64,000 nt of DNA from an uncultured Candidatus Saccharibacteria bacterium (GTDB taxonomy: Bacteria; Patescibacteriota; Minisyncoccia; Phycocordibacterales; JACOZG01), in the NCBI GenBank assembly GCA_964648765.1, contig CAZYLF010000001.1:293797-357796 (forward strand). The letters are read 5' to 3'. The translations under genes were made by a program, and so were the position numbers. Shown here in pieces: positions 10,065-20,336 of this stretch. The notes beneath the pieces were generated by a model. It saw only the letters and a program-made list of their open reading frames with translations. It was not told the origin of the DNA and did not search any database. The number at the start of each line of letters is the position of its first letter. The stretch's first letter is position 1.

Positions 10065-10134
10065 AACCAAGCCCTAATGAGGCGAGTGCCATAAAAAAGC
10101 CGCCTTGGAATTAACCAAGACGGCGGTGATGATT

Positions 10135-10848
10135 TCAAGTTGGGTTGGTTCTAAATTTCGGGATATATCCCGTTGCGTTTTTCCACTTTACGCGTGCGTC
10201 TTCGAACCAGCATTTTTGACAGCTGACTGGTCCAAAGCCAATGCACTCAACATTTGATTTGCCAGCAGACTCAGGCTTTGTTTGGGAGTAACGTTCAAAA
10301 TGTGTCAGTCCTAAACAAGCAGTGAAGAATGACCCAAGAGGAAATTTGTCATCCGACGCGAGATCTACTTCTACGTCGAACTTTACCGGAAGGACGATAA
10401 TTTCCCCTTTCTGATGAGTGCGTATAGCCTCAAGTGCCAGCCGAGTCTTCTCGGGTAGGAAGAACTTTTCTGGTGTTGACTTACAATCCAGACCTTCGAA
10501 TTCCCACGATCTCTTGCTGATCTTGTCTAATGCGAGTTCGGTTGATCTACGGTATCTCTCGATCTGATCTTTGGAATCCGGGAAGAACCTTTGAGCGATC
10601 GCATCTATTGTTGGCAACGCGAACCAACCTTTCGCCTCGTCCGGCAAGATAGCATCGAGAAATGGTCCATCTAGGAACTGCAATGTCAGTTCCTCTGCCA
10701 GATCGAATTCTCTCGCTAGTCCTTTGACCTGCTCGTATATCGGTTGAGGCTGCCAATCTACATGGGGCGAGGTGGTGAACTCTTCGTTTGTCTTGCTAAT
10801 TGGGTATAACTGGAGCGAGTGATCTTTTGATAGTTTTGATAGGTCCAT
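10135..10848 (-). CDS. Hypothetical protein
   Basis: 237-aa ORF with no recognisable motif. Confidence 0.45.
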   Translation of the reverse strand: MDLSKLSKDHSLQLYPISKTNEEFTTSPHVDWQPQPIYEQVKGLAREFDLAEELTLQFLDGPFLDAILPDEAKGWFALPTIDAIAQRFFPDSKDQIERYRRSTELALDKISKRSWEFEGLDCKSTPEKFFLPEKTRLALEAIRTHQKGEIIVLPVKFDVEVDLASDDKFPLGSFFTACLGLTHFERYSQTKPESAGKSNVECIGFGPVSCQKCWFEDARVKWKNATGYIPKFRTNPT

Positions 10849-11020
10849 AAAATTCCTTTCTTGTTAATGTCCTTTCTGGTCCAATTAAAACACCTCCTTA
10901 TCGTCTAGTCATCTCTTTTACGCATAATCTGCTAATTACCCTTATTTGAAGGGGTATATTTGATTAATAAAAAGTAGTCAAAAAAATTGACTGTTTTATA
11001 GATATCTATATAGTTGTTCT

Positions 11021-11797
11021 ATGAATAAATTACTTGAGACCCTAGTGGCATTTGGCCTGACTGAAAAGGAGGCTTCGATATACCTGGCTTTGTATAAGTT
11101 GGGTGACGCGACTGCCTATCAGATCGCCAAGGAATCAGGTATCAAACGTCCCACGGTCTACGTCCTCATGGATGAATTACGTAAGCGTGGTCTCGCGTTG
11201 GTCATCCCACACTACAAGAAGCGGTTGTTTGTTGCTAAGGATCCCTATGAGTTCATTCAGGAATTTCAGTCGAAAATGAGTGGCAATATGCGTAATCTTC
11301 TAACGCTCCTGCCGAAGCTATCTCATCCCGGTTCCCACACAGTTATCTTCAAGGGTGATGGTGCTCTTGTGCAAGGTCTCTCATATGGTCTGCATAGCGC
11401 TAAGGATAAAAATATAATCGCTTTTTATGCGGGAGTGCGGAAGGGTCTTAAGGTTGGTGGAGAATATAAAGATTATTTCCACGAACTCTACCGGCTTGGC
11501 TTTAAACTCAAATCAATCACACCCTCAAATTCTCATGACGAAGATTTCCGAGAGGGTGACAAGAAATATGGCTTTGAATCCAAAAAGATACCGAATGAAT
11601 TGTTTTCTCCGGGCGTATCGATTGAGGTGTGTGGCGATTTGACCAAGACCGTGGTTCATAAAAATGGGGAAGTGGTTGTTGTTCGTGACAAGAGCGTGGC
11701 GGAATTCTACCGTCAGATTTTCAACATCTTGTGGAGTTTAGACTTCGACCAGGTGAGAGGTCAAAGTGGCTTCCCCAAGAAATCAAAAAAGTGCTAG
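11021..11797 (+). CDS. TrmB-family transcriptional regulator
   Basis: N-terminal wHTH 'GLTEKEASIYLALYKLGDATAYQIAKESGIKRPTVYVLMDELRKRGL'. Confidence 0.7.
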   Translation: MNKLLETLVAFGLTEKEASIYLALYKLGDATAYQIAKESGIKRPTVYVLMDELRKRGLALVIPHYKKRLFVAKDPYEFIQEFQSKMSGNMRNLLTLLPKLSHPGSHTVIFKGDGALVQGLSYGLHSAKDKNIIAFYAGVRKGLKVGGEYKDYFHELYRLGFKLKSITPSNSHDEDFREGDKKYGFESKKIPNELFSPGVSIEVCGDLTKTVVHKNGEVVVVRDKSVAEFYRQIFNILWSLDFDQVRGQSGFPKKSKKC

Positions 11798-11904
11798 AGT
11801 ACTTCTACTCTAAGTATGGAAAGATAGGTGATCAGGACATGGCAAGGGGCCCCCTTGACATCAACCCTACCGAAAAAAATTTTGAAATTCGCACCCTGTC
11901 TCAA

Positions 11905-11952
11905 AATAAAAAAACCGAAAGTGTGTGACACTTTCGGTGTGGGTTTTGTCTT
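11905..11952. terminator. Bidirectional intrinsic terminator
   Basis: CCGAAAGTGTG/TGACACTTTCGG hairpin flanked by an A-run and a T-run. Confidence 0.6.
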
Positions 11953-12346
11953 ATGTTCCAGCTGTGACGTTCATTTTGTAAGTGCTTGCAACTTGGTGTT
12001 GCCTGAGATCTCCCAAAATTTGTTCAATCAACTTTTCGCTAAGGACTTTTGACTCATCAACTGTCTGGAGATCCGGATGAAAAGTTCTCACCAAAAAGCT
12101 TCCGCTATCCTCAAATTCACTAATAATTGCTTTGCGGGAGATTTTGAGAATATTTTCAACAATTTCAATTGCCTTCTCTGGAGTATCTGCAAACGGGGTT
12201 GAGCTGATCATGCGTTTGAAGTTGTGGCCAGGTCCGCGGGTAATAAGTAGTCCGTACTTTCCATCAGGTCCGAGGAAAATTGAGAATTCCAGATCATGGG
12301 GATTACTATAAATCTCGAGGGCGGTAATGAGCCTGAATGCTGCCAT
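11951..12346 (-). CDS. Hypothetical protein
   Basis: 131-aa ORF. Confidence 0.45.
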   Translation of the reverse strand: MAAFRLITALEIYSNPHDLEFSIFLGPDGKYGLLITRGPGHNFKRMISSTPFADTPEKAIEIVENILKISRKAIISEFEDSGSFLVRTFHPDLQTVDESKVLSEKLIEQILGDLRQHQVASTYKMNVTAGT

Positions 12347-12435
12347 GAAGTTCTCCTTTCATTTTCTTCTCCTTTGACAACTTGCTATCCGTTATGGATA
12401 CTAGCGAAATTTTTTATAATTGCAAGTGACTCTCT

Positions 12436-12891
12436 ATGATACAAAGGCCAGCTAATCAATTTTCAGTTATAATGCTAGTTATGTCTGAGCAATTTAATGA
12501 AAACAAACTAGAGACAATACCTAATTCAGTTTTAGATTTCTTGTCCCAAAAGCACCAGGAGTTGCTTGATGATTACAAAACTCCCGATGGTAAACATTCC
12601 AATAGTTGCTCCTTGATTGCAGGCGAAGTGGCTGAGCTTTTACTTAAAGATGGTAAACGGCCGTCAATCATGACGATAATTAAACGTAATGATGCTCTTG
12701 TCCCTGTTCAATATGGTGGACGGGTGAAGTGGGGTGGTCATACCGTTTGTGTGGCTGAGGGATTAGTTTTCGACCCTATGGTTGGGCGACCAGTTCCGCT
12801 AAGTGAGTATCCTATGGTGGCTTTTGGCACTGAGGTAGAAATGAATACGCACGTTAGTGAGGATAAGATTGAAGAATATTTGAGCAAATAA
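12436..12891 (+). CDS. Hypothetical protein, first gene of a 4-gene operon
   Basis: Tightly spaced with the next ORF. Confidence 0.5.
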   Translation: MIQRPANQFSVIMLVMSEQFNENKLETIPNSVLDFLSQKHQELLDDYKTPDGKHSNSCSLIAGEVAELLLKDGKRPSIMTIIKRNDALVPVQYGGRVKWGGHTVCVAEGLVFDPMVGRPVPLSEYPMVAFGTEVEMNTHVSEDKIEEYLSK

Positions 12892-12894
12892 ATC

Positions 12895-13563
12895 ATGTCT
12901 TTCGAAAATCCGACATTTGAGGTCAAGATTGAAGTTGAGGTGGGTTATGATAACTTTGTGCCTGAGGAATTTAAGCAAGATCCGCTGGGTTACTTTGAAC
13001 GTGAGGGGAAGAATATTAAATTGGGAGAAGTTAAACGAGATGAAACTGGGCGGGTGAGGGAAGATCCAACGGCGGTGAAGGAGTTGCCCGTTTGGTCTGA
13101 TGCGACTGGTCAAGAATTAGCGACGGTAGGTAAAAGAGTGAATGTGGAGAAGGGGAAGGTGGGGGAATCGGGTGACCCATTTTATGAATATCAGATTATG
13201 ATGGCGGTGAGAGAGGCTGGCTTACCAGCGCCCCGGCCAATTGCCAAAGTGGAGCAAGTGGGCGCTCACTTAATAATCATGGAGAAAGTGCCCGGTATTG
13301 GCGCTCATAGTAGCGATGTGCAAAAACTAAAGGAGGCTGGGTACACTGATCAAGATCTCGAAATTTTGAAAGGGCAAGCCGAAGCGGAAATGGAGAAACT
13401 AAAAGCGCTGTTTGATGAAGCGGGCATTGAACGCCAGTGGAAGCTGAAAGATATGATTATCGATCTAGATATTGCACAAAAAAAGATTAATAAAATCACG
13501 CCGGTGGATTGGGAGAGGACCAAGATTAACCAGGAGAAATTAGAGGCTTCTAAAAATGGATAA
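12895..13563 (+). CDS. Hypothetical protein; weak resemblance to RIO/Kdo-type kinase fold ('LIIMEKVPG', 'IIDLD')
   Basis: Motif-level resemblance only. Confidence 0.45.
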   Translation: MSFENPTFEVKIEVEVGYDNFVPEEFKQDPLGYFEREGKNIKLGEVKRDETGRVREDPTAVKELPVWSDATGQELATVGKRVNVEKGKVGESGDPFYEYQIMMAVREAGLPAPRPIAKVEQVGAHLIIMEKVPGIGAHSSDVQKLKEAGYTDQDLEILKGQAEAEMEKLKALFDEAGIERQWKLKDMIIDLDIAQKKINKITPVDWERTKINQEKLEASKNG

Positions 13564-14029
13564 ACCTCTCACGGTCGGCAAAGATGGTAAATGGAACACC
13601 GAGCCGCCGGTGGCTGATGATAAGTTGGGGAATATTAACTGTCACAAATTTACACTTTACGTGATAGGTAAAATTAGTTGGGAGGAAATGGTGGCTGACA
13701 ACGACAAAATTTATGGTGCTGAAGCTAGGGCAATATCAGATATTCAATTTATCCAGATCAATAGCCTGGCATCACTACTTAAATTTGCCAGTGAGTGCTG
13801 TAAGATTGGTGAATTTTATGTGGCACAAATACTTGATGCCAATACCGATGAAATGGCCCATTCATTTATTTTAAAACAGGAATCCCTAAATAATTTTATT
13901 TGTTATGAAAAGCAAGGTTTTAAATATCCGTTTACTGTCCAGGGCTTAGAAACGATACTTGATTTTGTAAATAAGGATGGCGTGAGATCAAATGAAAATC
14001 AAAAATGGCGATTTGTGCCTCAAGTTTGA
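13556..14029 (+). CDS. Hypothetical protein
   Basis: Overlaps the previous gene by 8 nt (ATGGATAA), which suggests translational coupling. Confidence 0.5.
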   Translation: MDKPLTVGKDGKWNTEPPVADDKLGNINCHKFTLYVIGKISWEEMVADNDKIYGAEARAISDIQFIQINSLASLLKFASECCKIGEFYVAQILDANTDEMAHSFILKQESLNNFICYEKQGFKYPFTVQGLETILDFVNKDGVRSNENQKWRFVPQV

Positions 14030-14080
14030 TTCCACCTTCTCTATCTGCTACGATGTTGACCGCTTAGGAGAGAAAATTTT

Positions 14081-14662
14081 ATGACTAAAAAACCACGTTA
14101 TCGCAGTGTTGATGAAATGCTCGCTCTAATTAGCGAACCTAATCGTTCGGCTTGCCGGAAGTTGCTAGATGAAAATCGCGAGCGTTTCCAATCTACTCCA
14201 GGATCATCTCATAACCATCAGGCTTGGCCTGGTGGTTATTTTGATCACATCCAAGAAGCGATGAATATTGGTGTGGTGGTGTATAAAGGTTTGAGTGCTC
14301 TCCGGCCACTCCAATTTTCACTATCTGATTTATTACTCGTGGTGTTTTTACACGATCTAGAGAAGCCCTGGAAGTATGGTAAAGGCAAAAAAGGTGTGCC
14401 AATTATGAAAACAAAAAAAGATCGGCACGACTTCCGTTTAAAGAAGATTAATGAATACAATATTGTGCTAACTCCAGAGCAAGAAAATGGTATCCGCTAT
14501 GCTGAAGGGGAGCATGATGACTACTCAAGTAAATATCGCGTGATGAATCCTTTGGCTTCACTCGCTCATGCTTGTGATGTGTTTAGTGCTCGCTTGTGGC
14601 CCGAGCATCCACTAGCTAAGGGCGAGTACCCTTGGCTTGAAGCCGGCCGGATTAGAGATTAG
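14081..14662 (+). CDS. HD-domain phosphohydrolase
   Basis: H...HD motif: 'HNHQAWPGGYFDHIQ' ... 'VVFLHDLEKPW'. Confidence 0.6.
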   Translation: MTKKPRYRSVDEMLALISEPNRSACRKLLDENRERFQSTPGSSHNHQAWPGGYFDHIQEAMNIGVVVYKGLSALRPLQFSLSDLLLVVFLHDLEKPWKYGKGKKGVPIMKTKKDRHDFRLKKINEYNIVLTPEQENGIRYAEGEHDDYSSKYRVMNPLASLAHACDVFSARLWPEHPLAKGEYPWLEAGRIRD

Positions 14663-14739
14663 TTTTGCTCATTGCTTTCTCTCTAATTGTGCGTAATATC
14701 TGAGTTAGAACTTAGGCCTTTGTTATAAGGAGATTAAAT

Positions 14740-16008
14740 ATGAAGAAGAGGGTGTTGGTTGTGGGCGGTGGCGGGCGCGAACATGCTCTCGCCTGGAAGA
14801 TTAGTGAGTCACCAAACTTAGGTAAATTGTTTGTGGCGCCGGGCAATGCGGGCACGGCAAAAATTGCTGAAAACGTGCCGATTGAGTCAACGGATGTTGA
14901 GGGTCTGCTTAAGTTTGCAGGTAAGAAGAAAATTGACCAGACGATTGTGGGGCCAGATGATCCGCTTGCGCTTGGGATCGTGGATAGATTTAGATCAAGG
15001 GGTTTACGCATTTTTGGACCCACCAAAGCGGCAGCGCAAATTGAGTCATCCAAACTTTTTGCAAAAGAGTTGATGGGGCAGGCTGGTGTGCCCACGGTGA
15101 TGTCGAGTGTATTTACAAATCCCAGAGTGGCGCTGGTTGTGGCTGATCATCATTTCAGTAAAAATGCGGCCAAGCCCATTGTCCTTAAGGCCGATGGTTT
15201 AGCGCTCGGTAAGGGAGTCTACATTTGTAGAACTTTTACTGAAGCCGAGGTGGCGATAGATGAAATAATGGTGCGGCGCATTCACAGTGATGCTGGCAAA
15301 GTTATGATTGGTGAAGACTTTGTGGAAGGACCAGAAGTCTCGATCCATGCTTTTTGTGATGGCAAGTCTTTTGAACTTTTTCCCCCAGCTCAAGATCATA
15401 AAGCAATTTTTGATGGTGACCAAGGCCCAAACACTGGTGGTATGGGGACAATTGCGCCAGTGCCCGGATTTGGTCACCTCCAAGTTGTGAGCGATAAAGT
15501 GGTAAGACCGATTTTGGAAAAGTTGAAGTTTTCTGGCCTACTTTATCCAGGATTAAAAATCACAGACAACGGTCCTTTGGTGCTTGAGTACAATGCTCGC
15601 TTCGGTGATCCAGAAACGCAAGTGTACATGCGACTTCTCAAATCTGATCTTCTAGAGATCTTTGAGGCTTGTGTGGATGGCAATCTCGATAAAATTAAGA
15701 TCGAGTGGCATCCGAGTTTTGCTGTTTGTGTGGTGCTAGCTTCAGCTGGTTATCCTAGAGCGGATTACCAAAAGGGTTTGCCGATTACTGGCATTGAGAA
15801 GGCCAACAGGCTACCCGGGGTCACTATTTTCCAGGCGGGGACGAAAGTCCTTGATGGTCAATTAGTTACTTCAGGTGGGCGAGTGCTGGGCGTGACGGCT
15901 GTCGGCCCAACACTTGAAAAGGCCGTTGGTTCCGCCTACAGAGCAGTTGATCATATTCATTTTGAAGGGATGCAATATCGCAAAGATATCGGTGCGAAGT
16001 TTCTTTGA
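14740..16008 (+). CDS. purD: Phosphoribosylamine--glycine ligase
   Basis: 'MKKRVLVVGGGGREHALAWK' and ATP-grasp motifs. RBS AAGGAG upstream. Confidence 0.95.
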   Translation: MKKRVLVVGGGGREHALAWKISESPNLGKLFVAPGNAGTAKIAENVPIESTDVEGLLKFAGKKKIDQTIVGPDDPLALGIVDRFRSRGLRIFGPTKAAAQIESSKLFAKELMGQAGVPTVMSSVFTNPRVALVVADHHFSKNAAKPIVLKADGLALGKGVYICRTFTEAEVAIDEIMVRRIHSDAGKVMIGEDFVEGPEVSIHAFCDGKSFELFPPAQDHKAIFDGDQGPNTGGMGTIAPVPGFGHLQVVSDKVVRPILEKLKFSGLLYPGLKITDNGPLVLEYNARFGDPETQVYMRLLKSDLLEIFEACVDGNLDKIKIEWHPSFAVCVVLASAGYPRADYQKGLPITGIEKANRLPGVTIFQAGTKVLDGQLVTSGGRVLGVTAVGPTLEKAVGSAYRAVDHIHFEGMQYRKDIGAKFL

Positions 16009-16021
16009 TAATTTTAACCCA

Positions 16022-16051
16022 CTGCCTAGCATGTGCTAGGCAGTTTTTTTA
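16022..16051 (+). terminator. Intrinsic terminator after purD
   Basis: CTGCCTAGC-ATGTG-CTAGGCAG followed by T7. Confidence 0.7.
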
Positions 16052-16068
16052 TGCTTTAATTATACTTA

Positions 16069-17079
16069 ATGAATGAGCAGAAGTTGAAGAATCCGTTTTT
16101 GTTGGTTTTGTTGCTTGGGATTTTTGTGTTGTCGTTTTTTATTCTTCGGCCGTTTATTTTTCCTATCATTTTGGCTGGCGCTTTTTCGGTAGTCTTTGCG
16201 CCGGTTTACCGCTGGCTTGGTTTGCGTTTTAAATTTGGACCTAACCTTGTTTCAGCGCTTTGCACAGTGCTCGTTTTTATTGTTATTTTTACCCCACTCA
16301 TTTTCCTCGGCACACAGATCACGCAAGAGGCCACGGCGCTTTACTCCTCAATGGTTAGCGGGGGAGCCACGGGGCGACTTACAATTTTAATTAGCGAAAG
16401 AGTTGCACAATATTTACCAAACGCAAATTTAAATATTAGCCAATATGCTGAGTCTGGTTTGGGTTGGCTCTTACCACATTTAGGCTCGCTCTTTTCAAAC
16501 TCGGCCAGTTTGCTTTTGGCGGCATTTATCTTTTTCTTCTCACTCTTTTACTTTTTTAAAGATGGTCATCATCTCAAACAAATTGTGATAGCAATGAGCC
16601 CGCTCTCAGACGGCGATGATGAGATGCTCTTAGCTCGTTTGACTACTGCCATCAACGCGGTGGTGAGAGGTAATATTTTAATCGCGATTATCCAAAGCAT
16701 TATCGCCACTGTCGGCTTTGCGATTTTTGGTGTACCCAACCCAGCGCTGTGGGGCGCGGTGACGATGGTGGCGGCGCTTGTGCCCGGCATTGGCACAGCG
16801 CTAGTTTTAATCCCTGCAATTATTTATCTTTTTATTTTTTCAAGCTTGGCGATGGCGCTTGGGATGCTCGGTTGGGGCATGGCGGCGGTGGGGCTAGTGG
16901 ATAATATTTTAGGTCCACGTTTAATGGGGCGGGGCACGGGGCTCCACCCGTTACTTGTTTTTCTTTCCGTAATCGGTGGCATCGCCTTCTTTGGTCCGGT
17001 GGGCATTTTACTCGGCCCAATCGTTATCAGCCTCCTCGTGGCCCTCTTTGAACTCTACACTCTCCGTTTGAAAAATTAA
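16069..17079 (+). CDS. AI-2E family transporter (UPF0118 permease)
   Basis: 8-TM protein with a typical AI-2E N-terminus and a conserved Gly-rich C-terminal region. Confidence 0.7.
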   Translation: MNEQKLKNPFLLVLLLGIFVLSFFILRPFIFPIILAGAFSVVFAPVYRWLGLRFKFGPNLVSALCTVLVFIVIFTPLIFLGTQITQEATALYSSMVSGGATGRLTILISERVAQYLPNANLNISQYAESGLGWLLPHLGSLFSNSASLLLAAFIFFFSLFYFFKDGHHLKQIVIAMSPLSDGDDEMLLARLTTAINAVVRGNILIAIIQSIIATVGFAIFGVPNPALWGAVTMVAALVPGIGTALVLIPAIIYLFIFSSLAMALGMLGWGMAAVGLVDNILGPRLMGRGTGLHPLLVFLSVIGGIAFFGPVGILLGPIVISLLVALFELYTLRLKN

Positions 17080-17124
17080 TCTTACTTTTGATATACTAAG
17101 TCATTACTATTTAATAAAAATATT

Positions 17125-17277
17125 ATGGAACAAACAATGATGGAGAAGTTGAAGGCAGATTGCTCTTGTGGCTCGGGTAAGATGTACGTTCAATGTTGTG
17201 GTAAAGCAGAGATGTGCCCATGCGGTTCTGGTAAAAAGGCAATTGATTGTTGTTTAGTAAGTCCTGAAACGCATTAG
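17125..17277 (+). CDS. SEC-C motif mini-protein (50 aa)
   Basis: Two SEC-C metal-binding motifs: 'CSCGSGKMYVQCCG' and 'CPCGSGKKAIDCC'. Below the ORF-track size cutoff. Confidence 0.5.
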   Translation: MEQTMMEKLKADCSCGSGKMYVQCCGKAEMCPCGSGKKAIDCCLVSPETH

Positions 17278-17373
17278 TAATAATCTAAAAATATTTAATT
17301 GTGGCAGGGCGTTGCCTTGGCATCGATTGAATTTTAAAAAAATCGAGTGTAAGCTGGGTTTATATAAACGCGG

Positions 17374-18018
17374 ATGATCACGGTATTCAAATATGATTTT
17401 GAGAAAGATGTAGACAACTTTATTCGTGGCACACGGGCGAAGAATAGTTCAAAGGTTACCAAGTTGCAGCAAGTGTATATTGATAAATACGGCACAAATT
17501 ACGATAGGTCCAAGGTCCAAGAATTTTTAAAAGACCAAATTAGAACTACAGTTTTTGACGCAGAAAAGGTTGCGATGGAAATTGAAGCCGATTGGAGAAA
17601 AATTGAGGGTGAGTTTATTACGAGAGTGGAAAAAATGTTTGGATTAAATTATCCTGCTCCTGAAATTACGGCTTACTTAACCACTAATCAACGTTGCACT
17701 TATAACATTGCTGAGAATTACTTTTTCGTTTATTTTGCTTCCAAATTTCCGAATCTCACGATCGCACATGAATTATTTCATTTTTATACTTGGCAGGCAT
17801 ATCGTGATGATTTAATTAAAGCTGGTCGAGATGAAAATCAGTATAACGACTTAAAAGAATCGCTGACGGAATTATTAAATGTGGAATTTTCAGATTTACT
17901 CGATGGCGCACACGATGACGGCTACCCGCAACATATAGAAATGAGAAATCAAATTAAAGAATTATGGCGCGAGACAGGGGATTTAAGAAAGGTGGTGTTT
18001 GGGGTTCAGCAATTATAA
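17374..18018 (+). CDS. Hypothetical protein with an HExxH motif, putative zincin-like
   Basis: 'IAHELFHFYTW'. Confidence 0.45.
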   Translation: MITVFKYDFEKDVDNFIRGTRAKNSSKVTKLQQVYIDKYGTNYDRSKVQEFLKDQIRTTVFDAEKVAMEIEADWRKIEGEFITRVEKMFGLNYPAPEITAYLTTNQRCTYNIAENYFFVYFASKFPNLTIAHELFHFYTWQAYRDDLIKAGRDENQYNDLKESLTELLNVEFSDLLDGAHDDGYPQHIEMRNQIKELWRETGDLRKVVFGVQQL

Positions 18019-18408
18019 ATGGACAAAAATAAATTATCGCTAAGACTAAAAAAAGTCCACGGGCATTTGCCGACGTCGGAGTTTGAGTTGGTAGACGGAG
18101 ATCAGGTGATCGGACTTATTCAAATTAGACACAAGCCTTCTCATGGTAAGGACGTGCCGGCACATTTGGCCAATCACATTTATTATGAAATTGGAGAAGA
18201 GCACCAAGGAAAAGGTTATGGTAAATTGATCCTCAAGCTTGGCTTGGAGGAAGCTAAAAAAATTGGTTTAACTGAAGTTTTTGTGACTTGTTTAGAGTCT
18301 AATGTTGTTTCAAAAAAAATTATTGAAGCAAACGGCGGAATTTTGATTGATGAAGATATTATACCAACCGAAGGACAAAAAATGCTTAAGTATAAAGTCA
18401 GTTTTTAA
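18019..18408 (+). CDS. GNAT-family N-acetyltransferase
   Basis: 'HQGKGYGKLILKLGLEEAKK' acetyl-CoA binding motif. Confidence 0.6.
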   Translation: MDKNKLSLRLKKVHGHLPTSEFELVDGDQVIGLIQIRHKPSHGKDVPAHLANHIYYEIGEEHQGKGYGKLILKLGLEEAKKIGLTEVFVTCLESNVVSKKIIEANGGILIDEDIIPTEGQKMLKYKVSF

Positions 18409-18466
18409 GGCACAAAAAAGAGAGCTGGTTAGGCTCTCTCGGATTTCTTTTACAACCGCTTTGGTT

Positions 18467-19741
18467 TTACATATTCGTTCCCTCAAAAATGAGAACTTTG
18501 GCATTCTCTCGAGAAAAATCCTGAAGCCGTTCGAGGTAGTCTTTAAAGTCTACTTCCGCGAACGCTTTGGTGACATCCTCATCGTTAGTAAAGATCCGAT
18601 CAGCCCCAAGACTTATCCGTTCAAGCATGTAATCGGTCAGTTTTCCTGGGTCAACAGTTCTCATTGCATTACTGCCGACAATCTGGTCTGTTACGAACTG
18701 ATACCAGTCAGACGAAAAGGTTTGTTTGTCTAACAGGGCATCAAAGATTCCTTCTACTACCGCTTCAATATTACCCTGGCTCGCTGTCTCGGCCTGGATA
18801 GAAAATAAACCACTGTCGATGCCGGCACTTACCGCACTAGCTGAAGCGCCGTACACTAGCTGGCGTTCTTCTCTTAGGATGCGCATCAGAGGTGAACTCA
18901 AACCCCCATTTCCCAAACTTGATTCAATTCTACCCATGACCAACTCCTTTTTAATCCGGCTTTTTTCATCCACGGAAGCTGTTGGCCAAACAACCAAAAC
19001 AGCAGAGGCGGGGAAAGGAGCTTGTGTTATTTCAGTTTCTAGACTCCACGGCGCTATCTGACCATAACTCGCGGGATATTGTCTTGGAGATAGTTTATTG
19101 TCTGGAAGTCGTTCAAGTTTTTTGCTTGCGGCTACAATATCAACTTTTTTAATATCGCCAGCGATAACCAGAACGGCCCTGCTACGATCGTACATTTTCT
19201 GATGTGCAAGTCTGAGATTTTCTGGAGTAACAGCGTGCAAACTCTCTTTCGTGCCAAGAGTGGGTTTAAACCACGGATGGTCGCTTTTCAAAAGCTTTGA
19301 TAGTTCGTTACGCTTCCATTGTGTGTATTGGGAGTTCGACACTGAGATCTCACTCTCGATCACTTGGCGTTCTTCACGAACACTTTGTTCTGAAAGTAAT
19401 GGTTCTGAGACTAGGCTCACGAGAACATCGAGAGCTTCAAGCCAGAGGTTTGAGGGCACTCTGGCGTAATAGCAGGTTTGTGTTTTGCCCGTACAAGCGC
19501 CAATTCTACCAGCAAATCGCTGAAATGGTTCGCATATATCGACTCTGCCTTTGGGGTAACGAGATGTGCCTTTAAATGGCACATGTTCAAGCCAGTGCAT
19601 TATCCCTTCGCCACCAGCCTCTTGATCGTCCATACTGCCGGAAAAAATTGCCAATTCAATACTGACAAACTTTACCCCGGGTACTTTCTCGTAAAAAATC
19701 CTTACCCCGTTTGGAGCTTTAACCAACTGAAATCCTGGCAT
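18467..19741 (-). CDS. M16 (pitrilysin/insulinase) family zinc peptidase
   Basis: Inverted zinc motif HxxEH 'HWLEH'. Confidence 0.75.
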   Translation of the reverse strand: MPGFQLVKAPNGVRIFYEKVPGVKFVSIELAIFSGSMDDQEAGGEGIMHWLEHVPFKGTSRYPKGRVDICEPFQRFAGRIGACTGKTQTCYYARVPSNLWLEALDVLVSLVSEPLLSEQSVREERQVIESEISVSNSQYTQWKRNELSKLLKSDHPWFKPTLGTKESLHAVTPENLRLAHQKMYDRSRAVLVIAGDIKKVDIVAASKKLERLPDNKLSPRQYPASYGQIAPWSLETEITQAPFPASAVLVVWPTASVDEKSRIKKELVMGRIESSLGNGGLSSPLMRILREERQLVYGASASAVSAGIDSGLFSIQAETASQGNIEAVVEGIFDALLDKQTFSSDWYQFVTDQIVGSNAMRTVDPGKLTDYMLERISLGADRIFTNDEDVTKAFAEVDFKDYLERLQDFSRENAKVLIFEGTNM

Positions 19742-19978
19742 TTTCTACCTTTCAATGAACAAGTTAATTTATTAAGGACACTCCTTAATTCCGTTAGTTA
19801 AACTAACCGATAAAATGTGTTCTGTCAATATAACCTTTAAGTTAGCCAAATTTTAGCCTATTGACTTTTGGAGTGAATTAGTATAGGATAGTAGGGTAAG
19901 AATTTCTCGAGGTAGGAGTATATCTTTGAGCCAAGAGAAGGTCGCCTTACAATTTTATTGAAAATTTAAGTCAACTAC

Positions 19979-20263
19979 ATGGCTAAAAAGTTATACGTTG
20001 GTGGTTTGTCTTACGGAACTTCCGAAGACACACTTCGTGAGTCTTTTGCCCAAGCTGGTAGCGTTGAGTCTGCATCGGTCATTATGGACCGTGCAACTGG
20101 ACGTTCCAAAGGCTTTGGATTCGTGGAGATGGCTTCTGACGCCGATGCCGAGAACGCAATCAATATGTGGAACGGTAAAGAGTTAGAAGGCCGCCGATTG
20201 ACGGTGAATGAGGCTCGTCCTATGACGGAGCGTCCTCCTCGTCGCGACAGTTTCCGCAGTTAA
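19979..20263 (+). CDS. RRM-type RNA-binding protein
   Basis: RNP-2 'KLYVGGL' and RNP-1 'KGFGFVEM'. A long 5' leader follows a promoter-like TTGACT...TAGGAT. Confidence 0.85.
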   Translation: MAKKLYVGGLSYGTSEDTLRESFAQAGSVESASVIMDRATGRSKGFGFVEMASDADAENAINMWNGKELEGRRLTVNEARPMTERPPRRDSFRS

Positions 20264-20286
20264 TTATAATTGCAGAACACAAAATT

Positions 20287-20325
20287 AAGGGATCCCAGTT
20301 GGGATCCCTTTTGTGTTGTTTTTTA
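20287..20325. terminator. Bidirectional intrinsic terminator
   Basis: AAGGGATCCCA-GTT-GGGATCCCTT followed by T-runs. Confidence 0.7.
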
Positions 20326-20336
20326 TTCTCCGTTAA

